NCBI GenBank assembly: GCA_036785375.1
Contig: JAWMAR010000134.1
Location: 1,302,001-1,366,000 of the forward strand
Length of the DNA stretch: 64,000 nucleotides
Direction of reading: 5' to 3'
From: Leucoraja ocellata
Taxonomy: Eukaryota
Part shown: positions 52,870-64,000 of the stretch, in pieces
Layout: the number at the start of each line of letters is the position of its first letter
Numbering within the stretch: the stretch's first letter is position 1
The notes under the pieces: model-generated
The model's input: the letters and a program-made list of their open reading frames with translations, nothing else
What the model was told of the DNA's origin: nothing
Database searches by the model: none
Translations under genes and position numbers: made by a program

Positions 52870-54133
52870 CTGAAGGTGCAAGCAAAAATGTGGACAACAT
52901 TTTAATTACATTCAACATTATTGCACAACTTGAAGCAAGTTAAAATACAAAATGAAGCACTCAAATGCTTACATTATTCAATTAACATAATTTGCAATAA
53001 TTTACAACAATTACTACCATCAAATTAGGGCTCTCAATTGACTAAGTAATTGTAGGGCCAATCTAAAAAATGGCATGTCAAGTAATCATAAGCAAATTCC
53101 ATTCTGTCTATTATGGATTGACAAACAATGATGCATTACCAGACTGCATTCACTCCTCCATTGTTCGTCCTCTGTTACTTTGATTCTCTGAGTTTGTTGC
53201 AATTCATCTACACCTCATTGCTCAAGTTCTCAAATAGTCTTTTTTTAAATACTAAAAATGTCATAATTGATTCACTTTACATAGTAAGAAATCAAATTAA
53301 AGATCACTGTAGCATAGAGTCATTTTTAAGGGTTAGAAAATAAAACTTACCACCACCACTACAATATGCCATCAGCACTGTACAGACATGTGAATGTGGA
53401 TTATGTGGTCATGGCACTAAAGTCATAACATAAACTGTTAGCATTCTGATTCAACAGTGAGACTGCTGTGTTTTGAGACGTAGCTGCTATCCATGTGGTA
53501 CATGTCTCAAATCAATCCTCCAGCACTGCAATTGCCAATTTTCTTTTATTTTCTTTATTTGTGCATGAAAAAACATCCACAATTAGGCAATTAATGACAC
53601 CAGGGGAAACATGTCTTCTTACAAGTATCTTTGAAATGAGCAGCTGTTCTTCAATTGGGACTTCAATTGGGACAGTCTTCTATTACCCATAAAAGTTTTT
53701 TTCCACTGCCATTTCTTTCCACTCACCATTTGCAATTCAGTTCCGTTCATTTAAGTTTTTGGCCATAACAAGCTCGTGTACAGTGGAAACATGGGAAGGA
53801 TGGGGGCGAGGAAATAATTAATTTGTAGTTATGGCTATTTGATCAGAAACATGAACCAAGCCAAGCCTATCGTAAATTGAAGCAGTACTGGATAACGTGG
53901 ATCATCTGCTGGCAGGAAAAGCATTGGCGATGATACAAACACACATGCTGATATAAAACCCGAATTGCAGGCAATTGTAGCAAAAAGAGAAGTTTCAGTG
54001 CTTCATTTAAATTTGCTCATCTAAAGAATTATCCATTTCAATAAACACTAAATGTAGAGCTCTGAATTAATAAAAATATTGCATCTTACTACATTCAGAG
54101 TGGTAATAAATGTTGCAAACTTTTAAAGATCTA

Positions 54134-55088
54134 CTAGACCTAGTGGGACTCGTTGGGCCCCGTTCCCCCAACACAATATTCCACCACTCACCCATAGCCC
54201 ACAACTGCGCAGGCGCGACTGACGGGTTCCCTTTGTGACGCCAGAGATCCCCATTGTGACGCGAGTCATGGCAACCCTCCCTAACTGCGCCTTGCCATCC
54301 CTCTTCCTACCCTATCCTCCTCCATTCCCTCATCCCCAGCACTCCCTCCCCCTCCTCCACACCCTCCCTCTTCTTTCCCCTCTCCTCCTCCTCCCCTCCC
54401 CCACTCCTTCCCTCACCACTACTTTCCCCTACCCTCAGTCATTCCCTCCCTCCATAACCCCTCCCCTCCCTACCCCCTCCTCTCCAACTCCTCGCCCCTC
54501 CCTACCCCCTCCTCTCCCTCCATCCCCCTCCTCTCCCTCTATCCCCCTCCTCCCTACCCCCTATCTGCTCCCCCAACGCGCCCGTTCCCTACCCGTAGCC
54601 CCCACGGGAGGCAAGGTCCTCCAAGCTGTTCCCGAATGTAAGATTCCAGCACTTCCCTGCCTCCCTGAGCAGTGAGCTTAAAAAAAATTCCAATTGCACT
54701 TCCCCTGCGTGTTGCAATAGCAATTCGCCCTTCCCCTCCTGTGAGGTGAATAGTTCAGTGTTCCAGTGTCGTCACTGCTAGCCGAGCCATTGTGAGGTCA
54801 TCAGTTGAAGCTGGTCGTTTTAAATTCAAAGTCATTTGATTTTTTTTTTAAACTTCTTACTTACTTTTAAACAGTAATAGGTCGAGAAATAAAGCATAAA
54901 ATGTTCAGTGAAGATGTTCTCTGTCTCATAGGAAAAATGTCAATCAGAATATGTAAAAATGTAATCGTTACCGCGTAGTGTTTTTGCGAAGATGTAAAGA
55001 CATCCACATATAAACACACATATACACACACACACACATATACACACACGTACAAGATCAGAGTTTTAATAAGTATATGATAGATAGA
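54134..55088 (-). mobile_element. Non-autonomous Helitron
   Basis: On the minus strand it reads A|TC(TATC..) ... GC-rich hairpin GGGGCCCAACGAGTCCC, 7 nt, CTAG|T. No TSD. Internal (TG)n microsatellite and a C-rich low-complexity tract at 54290-54570. Confidence 0.75.
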
Positions 55089-56559
55089 TATTACTTTGCT
55101 CAACTCAAAAGGCAACTTAAAAATGTCTTCGGAAAACTGGAAAATTACTTGAATTTGAAAAACTATAGGCACACTATTCGCTCACTGGCCAATGACATGC
55201 ACTGCAGATCAATCCACTGTATATATGCTTTACAAAAGGTATCTTACCAAGACTATATTTTTAGAAAATGGTGTAGTATTTAGCAATAACCTGTTATTTC
55301 TGATTATACCACAGTATTTGTTAATCTATTCTCATTTAAATGCTACATTTTATATTCTCTAAATTGCAACCGTTTAATATAAACCACCTTTTATTCATCT
55401 CCAGCTTGGAAACAATTACCAGACCCAGCTCCAAATAGGATAGTAAGTTGCAAATTTCCACCACATTTGGGGAAAGTGTTCATCCCGATTGGAGAGTCCA
55501 ACTCCAATTTTAATACTGGGGCGCACCCCCCTGCAATGTTGCTAATTCTCTAATTCTCTTCATCCATCCTAGTAAATATATTTTGTGGCTTTCAGTTGTC
55601 CCACGATTTTCAAAATTCTAAGGTTGCAAAAAAAAAAAAAAAACTCTTTCCCAAAAGACAGTAGTCACCTGAATTTCAGGTGTGGAGCTTGATGTCTTTT
55701 TCATTGATGAGCACATTATGGGTCAAATGTATGTAAATGGAAGTGCAGGTTCTTTGTGGTCTAATTGAAGTGTGGAACAAGTAAGGGACTGAATAGTTGT
55801 CGATTTGGCACATTAAAAGGTCCTTCAATACTTCAAGTTGTATCCTTAAACCACTGGTGACTATTTTAACAGATATTTCAATTTATACTTACAAGTAACA
55901 AGTAAAGAATTCTACTAGACAAGAATGTTGAAGTAAATAAGGTAATTAAACCACTTTCTTTCACAGAAAATATTTGGAATTTCCTACTTTGTCATGAAAT
56001 GCATAACATCTAAAAAACATCTTTAGCATCTTATCAGCCATGCAATTAAATGGAGATCGGCTCTTCTCTTCCCACTGCAAACCCTAAATCCTGACCCATG
56101 TGTTACATTAATATCACATTAGGTTTTTAAATCTGAATAGGCTGTGGGCAGAGGAGCTTTTTTTGTTCAAGTTCCTGACCCAACTCTACCAAAGCTAACT
56201 GCTAATACAACCATTGCCCACATTTCTACTTCTAGAATTACTCATTTACTTGGCACCCGTATTTTCTGCTTCACATAAACATTTGCTCATTTAATGCTGT
56301 TGTGTTAATATGCATCAAATCCTGCTCACCCCTCATCCTTATGCATGTGACTTACAAGGCCTCCTGGTTCATCGTGTCTAATTCTAAAATTGTGCATCAG
56401 TTTTCTAATCCTTTAACAACATCCCGTCATCCATCTAGTAATCTTTACCATGCCTACAAACATCTCTGAGGTCCTCCATACTTGTCATCTCCTGTATCCA
56501 TTTAGTTACTGTAGCATTAATGATCATGTGTTCATCTACTTTATTCCTAAGCCATAGGA

Positions 56560-56648
56560 TTGAAGAAGGGTCTCGAAACATCACACATTCCTTCTATCCA
56601 GAGATGCAGCCTGTTCCTCTCAGTTACTCCAACATTTTGTGTCTACCC
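56560..56648 (+). mobile_element. Penelope-type terminal-repeat fragment (HHR family, stem II partly deleted)
   Basis: tgaagaagggtctcgaaacatcac..ccagagatgcagcctg..agttactcca. Confidence 0.78.
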
Positions 56649-58169
56649 TAGAATTCCCTACTGATATAACATCCTTTAAGATAATCATCAAAGCCTTACT
56701 TTGATGGTCAAAGATTGTGACCATCTATTCCAAAAGCGACATGCTGGACTCAGCATCAATTTTTAACTGACCATGGTTACTAATTGTTTTGGTAGGTTTT
56801 ACTAATGTCAAAGGTGCAATGCAAATACAAGGAGCATAATTAGCAAATGGAAAACCTGATTTTATTGCTTTTCCTCCCTTATGATCTACATTTTAAATGA
56901 GAAGTTTGGTACTCTGAGCATTCTTTGAAATGCTCTTTGAAAATATTACATGTTACTTTGGAAACATTTGACATGATGTTGAAAGAGGAATGTTTTGTTA
57001 TAAAATTTTTGTCATAAAATTCATAATCATCCTTGAATTTCAGTGTCATCCAGGCAAGGATTATCTACTCTGCTCCGATCTGCATTTGATCATAGTTCAC
57101 AAACATAATGCGCTTCAATATGACACAGCGCCCCAGTGATCAGGATATTAAAGAGCTGTTGAAAAGTTAATCAACAGATTATGCTGAATTTAAATCCATG
57201 CCAATCCAGTTTGATGAGGATTTGGAGGAGGAAAGCAAAGAAGCCAATATTTGGAATTTGTATCTTTGAAGGATGACATTTAATTTTTAATTTTAATTAA
57301 AATGAAATTCCCTTTACACCGAATCTTGCTCATTGCGGCAGCAGTGAGAATAGCACATCACTGTTAGAAAAAAAATATGGAATGAGCTAACATTGTAAAG
57401 AAATTAGCATCATTTTTTTAAAAAGATGAAGAGCACGGAACAGTATTAATTAGAATGTGAATAAATGTTTTGTTAAGCAATTGTGATTTATTGATGACGA
57501 ATTACAGGAACTGCAAACAACAAAACATGCATGAGTTTTAGAGGTTACAAGTACTGTAATGTAAAAAAAATGGATTGTACTCATGGGATATCATCAACCA
57601 AGAGGATAGAAGTAACAAAAACTGTAGGCAGCTAACAAAATTCTAGTTTTGGAATTATATTTTTTGTTAGCCGCACTGCAGAGTTCACGACTACACAGAC
57701 CCTTATTTGTAGGCATTAAATTATTGGCAGATGCCATGAAGTAAGAAAAAGGAAATAACTTAAAGCTGGTCTCTAACTGAAGTCAGTTATCTTAGTAGAT
57801 CTCTCTACGGGACATTACTACTTAAAAAGTTGCTGTCTGCACAGTAACTTAGCCCCATTTTCTGTATATATCTCAAATATTAAAATAACTACTCGGAAAA
57901 AATACAAATATTGACCAGATTTTTTCTAACAAATTACAAAACATTTAGATAATATAGGATAAAAAACATAAAATCATTGCACAAACAACTTTGTTAGGAC
58001 TCAAAGACAAAATTACAGGAACAAATGTTATTTCTGGAATATCACCAACGCAGCATCGTGAAATGTGGTAGATATTAGAATAGACGGGTGATCCAGATTA
58101 TACCCAGGGGGTGAAGTTGAAGCTTACCTCTACTGTGTGAAATGTGCTGTAGGAGTTAATTTACTGAGA

Positions 58170-58360
58170 AGGACACAAAAGTGCTGGAGCTACTCAGCGG
58201 ATCAGGTAGCATCTCTGGAGAACATGGATAGAATTGGGGGGATACCAACCCAAAACATCACCTGTGCACGTTCTCCAGAGATGCTGCCTGACCCGCTGAG
58301 TTACTCCAGCACTGTGTCTTTTTGTGTAAAGCAGCATCTCCTGTTCCTTGTTTCTACTTC
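58170..58360. mobile_element. Palindromic Penelope-type terminal-repeat insertion with 14-bp TSD; core rearranged
   Basis: ttaatttactgaga (58156-58169) and ttaatttacggaga (58361-58374) flank inverted arms. Confidence 0.82.
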
Positions 58361-58811
58361 TTAATTTACGGAGATATTCTCAAATGCATTTCTGACCATC
58401 CTTGTAATTTTAAGTAGATTATCTACATTTTGATTTTAATATTATGTATTATATTAAGTAATTTATCTATTCCATAAAATCTTTGGAAATACATGCATCA
58501 ATGTAATGTAAAGAGTCAACTTGTGTCGTTTACAGTGACCCAATTGTCAACTAAAACAGGGCGCGCAGGTAGTGCTCTTTATAAGGAAATAACAATCCCT
58601 TTCATTGTTCTCTATTATTGGTGTTTTAAACATTGTTCTGCTAATGTATTGTCTAATCAGGACATTATTTTTTACATATTAAGCCTCAAATTGTCTTAAG
58701 TGTCTCCAAAAACAGACATCAGAATTTTCTGGTAAATATCCCACAATAAATATGGCTTGCCAAATCAGATACTGTCAGCCCCACCCATCACCCTCCCTCC
58801 CTCCCTCAGTC

Positions 58812-58995
58812 TAATAATAATAATAATAAATTTTATTTATTGGGCGCCTTTCAGACATCTCAAGGACACCTTACATAGGTTAACAGGAATATAAACATAT
58901 AATCAGAATAAAATAAATAATAAAGACATCACAGAAACACAAATTAAAAACAGAATTCAGTCCAAAAACAAAAATCAAAAACACAATGTGAAGAG
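58812..58995 (-). mobile_element. L2-like LINE 3' tail with (TAA)n
   Basis: Minus strand tgtaaggtgtccttgagatgtctgaaaggcgcccaataaataaa(tta)n. Confidence 0.65.
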
Positions 58996-59899
58996 AGACA
59001 TATAACTCCTCAAATTGTTTCCAATATTAAAATAATTTAATTCATGTACAAAACTATTATTTTAATACAAACACATTACCCTTGACATTTCAGATTTACT
59101 GAATTTCAATATTGCTCCATCCTGATTTCATTCCACTTTTCACACCCTCCTCTATACAGTATAATTGCATTATCTCGCCTTTGTCACCCTCTCTCTATCA
59201 ACACCAATCTGCTTCTCCCTTTTCTCTTGGTCTCCACTCTATTAGAAGCATCCCTCTTCCAATCATCTCTCTTCTCTGCAATTCAACAAACTATTTTTCA
59301 ACCTTTGGCTGATTCTAATGAAACATTATCACCACGAAACATTAACTATGTTTGCTATGCCTGCTGAATATTTTGAGCATTTTCTTGTTTTAGTTTATAT
59401 TTCCAGCACCCGCTTTTGCCTGTTTGACAAGGTGCTGGCTAATGAAGCTGAGCAAGCAAATGTCATAAAAATAAAACACTTTGTAAAACTGTGAAGGTAA
59501 TCATGTTCATTTCCACTTTAGATAAAAGCCATGTGGTAACAAAATGATAAAACGTGCAACCCAAACAAAATGCAAGATTAGATAGCGGATAGAATAAATA
59601 AATATTGGTACAGAGTTAATCACAGGGTTTAGCATAGCTGATTCCACTAAGAAAACAGTCTGTGTTTCCTTAGATAAATGGGAAGAAATAAAATGAGAAC
59701 ACAACATTTTATTCTTACAGGGTATAAATGAAAGTCAGAAATCTATTAAAGAAATGTCCTTATTTCTGAGATAATCTCCAAATCACAAATATTCTTCACT
59801 TGCGAACAGTATTTTGGGAGGAACTTCACTGTACAAAAGATTGTAATTGTACAAGATTATCCGCCATCATGATTATCAGGGTTGGGCACTAAATACTAG

Positions 59900-60760
59900 C
59901 CTATGCACATTGAAGCAATCATAAAGAAAACTATCAACACCTTTACTTCCTTAGCAGATTGAGGAGAATCGGTATGTCGATGAATACACTCAAACTTCCA
60001 CATGTGTATGATAGAGAGCATAATGACTGGTTGCATCACAGCATGATTCCACAATGCAAATATCCAGGAATAAATGATATTACAAAAGTGGTGAGCACTG
60101 CCCTGTCCGTCATAGGTACTGGCCTCCACACCATGAAAGACATCTATAGGAAGTGCTGCCTTAAAAAGGCAACCAGTATCATTAAGCACTCACACCATCC
60201 TGGCCACACTCTCATTTCACTCCTACCATCTTGACTCTATTTCAATCGTAGAGTGGCGCTGCCGTTCCTGGTGACAGACCCGGCGCTTCAACCGTGGGTG
60301 CAGCATGGACTTATTGTTGTGCAGTTTGCGATCCCTTTGCCGGGGATCGATTGTGGAGAGCTCCAACCACGGGCCTGTGGACTTTTAACATCGTAGAGCC
60401 TGCGTTCCCTGGTTAGAGACCGATTCGGGAGTTCCAAGCCACGGAGAGTTTCAATCGTCCCAACGAGGGAATTTCGATCACCACAACGCAAGGGCTTCAA
60501 ATCACCGGCTGCAGGAGCTTTGATGACCCTGAATGCGGATGGTTCGACAGCCCCGACCGCGGTAGAATAAAGAGGGAGAAGATTGGACTTTATTATCTTC
60601 CATCACAGTGAGGAATGTGGGGAGCCGCTGTAGTGGATGTTTATGTTAACTTTTATTTTATGTGGCTGTGTGTCTTGTTGCTTTTCACTTAATGTGGCTG
60701 TATGGTAACTCAGATTTCACTGTACCTTAATTGGTACATGTGACAATAAACTGATCTTGA
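59900..60760 (+). mobile_element. Rex1/Babar 3' fragment (59900-60230) followed by a CpG-rich family element (60235-60760)
   Basis: IYRKCCLKKATSIIKHSHHPGHTLISLLPS; second part homologous to 20060-20645. Confidence 0.78.
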
Positions 60761-63714
60761 AATCGATCAGTATGGATAAGAGAATCAAAGTAGGGAGATG
60801 GTCGCTATGAGATAAAGATGATAAACTCCTGCTGGTGTGATGAAATGCCAAAGAAACTGAACAATTTTCATTCCATTTTTAACAGAGGACACAGATTTTA
60901 GAAACCTTGACCCAACTGTACAAGCTGACATGGTGATAAATAGTCACAATTATGTCACTTTTATAATCATTGTAAATACCAATGTCATTGCCTTTTAAAG
61001 TCCCATTAATCACTGACCATTATAGCTGGAATGTCTCTGAAAAAAAAACACTTATTCCTCAGCAAAGGGAGGGGGGGGGGGGGAGGGGGAAACAACTCAA
61101 AATCTTTGCAATAATCATGAATACCTTTCTTGGCCAATTAACCAGATTTATTTTAATTAGAAATTATCAAGGCGCACAAAGATTTCAATTCCATATAATC
61201 AAAATTGACAAATAAAATAGGAATACGTGCTAATTTGAACCATTCTTCAAACCAGATACATATAAATGAACCATATAAAACTATTGTTTAATTTTTATAA
61301 ATGCTAATTCAAGTTAATGCGGCAGATTATACAGCTTGCGACTTATTCATAACTGAGCTAGATTAATATACCATGAAGATTGAGCCTATAAGCCAAAGTT
61401 TATTTCTGCTATCACAAATACCTCAGAAATCCATGTTTAATAAAGCAGAGATATGGACAAATTCATACCTATAGCTTCCCTTGCTTGGTATAAATCGTAT
61501 GTCAAAGGCGGTTTGGATGATTTAAGAACCAAATCTCACCACATAAACATACTTTTACTTATAATGCATAATCTATTAAAATGATAATATAAAACTAATT
61601 CCAAAACCTGCTGCACCTGTTGTCAAATAAACATATTTGATCACTTCACTCCCAATTATTGCCCCATATAGAGCCCCCTGCCTTATTATGGCTATTTGGA
61701 CTACAGAAATTAACCCTTACCAATCACCAACCAGGAATATGAAGTATAGAATTTGTGTGAACATTTAAAAAAAAATCAACATAATTTTTCTCATCTCGTG
61801 TTTCCTAATGCATGCACAGAGAAAATGGCTCGGTGCTATAGAAAACTGCGATATGGTCCCTTTTCTAGGAACACAATTTTCCCACAACGTGGCAGCAACC
61901 TGTATTTAAACAGCCTCCTTATTAACTACCATGCATAAATATGACTTTTCACTTCACAATTGCCTTGGTCATATTCTGCAAAGGCTGAGTAACAGGAACC
62001 AACGTTATCCTTCCAGGCACGTTTATCTCCACTGTACTGCTTCACTTCAATTTCAATCACTCGTTCCAACATTGTTAATACATCTTACCAAAAATCTCTT
62101 TTGTTAGCATGGACATTGTCAAGACACTACAAATCCAAAAGTATCCTAAATCTAATTCTTGACCCGATCCAAGACATCCATTAACAGCAATTGTCAAAGA
62201 TAGATTAACATCAACCAATAAAGAAAGAAAATAGACTAACATAAATATTTAAGTAAAGCTGTAACGGTAAGCCTAACACCTGGATGTTGGTTAATTTCAG
62301 AGAATGTAGTTATTCAAAAAATAGATTTCATTTTTTGCTGAAGTTTTTTCAACTGCTTTCGATTTTGAGCTGAATATACTCAATATGTTAAACTAAGAGA
62401 AGCTCTCATGTATATGAGCTCATCTGATTCACCCAAGCATTCTCAGGAAGATATTTGAGAAGTACCAAACCTCACTGCGCAATGGTCTGCCTATAGCAAG
62501 AGTGTACTCTCCCGTCAATGCCAAACACTGTGTCTGGAGTCTGTAAAATATTATCAGTGGAGATGCATTACCATTATCTAGAAAACAGATTAAGTCTAAA
62601 GCAGTATAAACATCAGCTGGAGTAACTGTACCAACTGTCATATTTTGTTGAAAAAAATACATTTACTGATAAATGTACCAGCAGTAGAAGTTTGGAGGCC
62701 CGATACACCTTTGCCCCAGAGAACTTGAAGCAGATGGCCCACTGCTCCACAGATCACTGGCCATGAATAAGCAACACCAAATCCACTGGGATACAAACGC
62801 TGAGCTTCAAGTTGATTATGTCCTGTCAGCCAAGTATTGAGAGACAATGCATTAAAGTGATGATAGGAAGGGTGCTCAGGAAAACTAATATATTTATCTT
62901 CTGGGTACCAGAGAAGGCACATCAAATATATTCATTTGGACTATATCAAAGGCTTCAAACTACAGAGATTGAGCATAAAGAGAAAACAACATTTTTATTA
63001 TGGAAGATTGAGAGGCTGGGGTGCATTGCTGGAACTCAGGATTAAAAGAGTGCCCACAGCAACATAAAATTGGAATGATAGTTTATTCCAATAGTTAAAA
63101 GGAACATACATTTTGGGAAAACAAGGTTGTTAATCACACTGGCTGGTTCAAAGATTTTTTTAAGTTACAACTTCAATTCAAGTATTTTTAGCTCTGCAAT
63201 GTTAAATAGCTGATGATGAATTTTAATTTTGGAGTACAGTAAAACATAAAAGTTTAACAAATTTCAGATCAGCATTTAACTGAGTTATAAGACAATATGT
63301 ACATTTGTACCAAATCTGCTTGCTTATACCCAAGATATTTTGAATAAATTATTCCAGAAGATGGATTATTTGTCACTAGCAAGTTGATTCTATGCACAGT
63401 TAAGAGAAATCATCTGCAGGTTCACTGCTCATTTTAGCAAATAAACAAAGCAATTGTTAATGGAGTTTTATTAAACCAGATAATAATTCCATATGGAAAC
63501 ACCCCCCTGAATCTGATGATCTTGGGGTGCAAAAATCAAACAAGTCTTTGCTAACGACTTTTACAAAGTAAAACAGGTACACCTGTAAGATAATGTCTTG
63601 GTCACAGTCAACTTCTGGAATTGACTGATTTTCAAAAACTGCCTGTGAAGTCATCCTCTCTGATTAAAGAGCCCAGAATATAGTGGCACATGCCATCAAG
63701 GACTAATAAACTGG

Positions 63715-64000
63715 TGCACAAGGAACTGCAAATGCAGGAATCTTGAGCAGAAACCAAAGTGCTGGAGGTATTCAGCAGGTTAGGCGGCAGCTGTGGAGGG
63801 AATCGACAGACGATGTTTCAGATCGGGACCCTTTTAAGACTGAGGAATTATGTCAGAGTAGGCATACTTTGAGGAGATTTTCCAGTGGAGCAATAAAGTG
63901 AGAACACAAGAAACTGCAGATGCTTAAACAAAAAATAGTGCTGGAGAAATTCAACCGGTCAGGCATCTCTGGAGGAAATGAACAGATGACGTTTCCGGCT
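63715..64000 (-). mobile_element. Two Penelope-type terminal-repeat copies (63715-63842, 63901-end)
   Basis: cacaaggaactgcaaatgc..gtgctggag..caggcagc..gacgtttc motifs. Confidence 0.78.

Noticed and set aside
54235-54675. 146-aa proline-rich ORF
   Set aside because: Translation of the C-rich low-complexity tract inside the Helitron, with no evidence for a real gene.
52870-64000. Preceding ORC5 exon (HLLGPKPFPLDRLL-like)
   Set aside because: Not found by eye; probably lies beyond the window end.

Overview
Vertebrate genomic DNA, AT-rich and repeat-dense. The repeat mix (CR1, Rex1/Babar, Tx1, V-SINE-like, Penelope-like, Tc1) points to a cartilaginous fish, probably a skate or ray (inference). 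Two genes lie on the minus strand in the same ORC5-RELN order as in human. These are the last two coding exons of ORC5 (52869-52757, 48509-48464) and, about 4.9 kb downstream, the first two coding exons of reelin (43572-43344, 17890-17780). The rest is intron or spacer filled with decayed transposons. The most notable signal is a family of at least 11 short Penelope-derived insertions carrying a minimal hammerhead-ribozyme-type core (CTGAAGA-A-GGGT-CTCG-ACCC-GAAACGT). Several are palindromic, and four have 14-17 bp target-site duplications. Other points of interest: a splice acceptor 66 nt upstream of the RELN ATG, an exon-like block in the compact repeat-free ORC5-RELN spacer, a non-autonomous Helitron, a perfect 38-bp inverted repeat and several locally templated insertions. 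All calls come from reading the sequence by eye, and repeat boundaries are approximate unless termini or TSDs are given.
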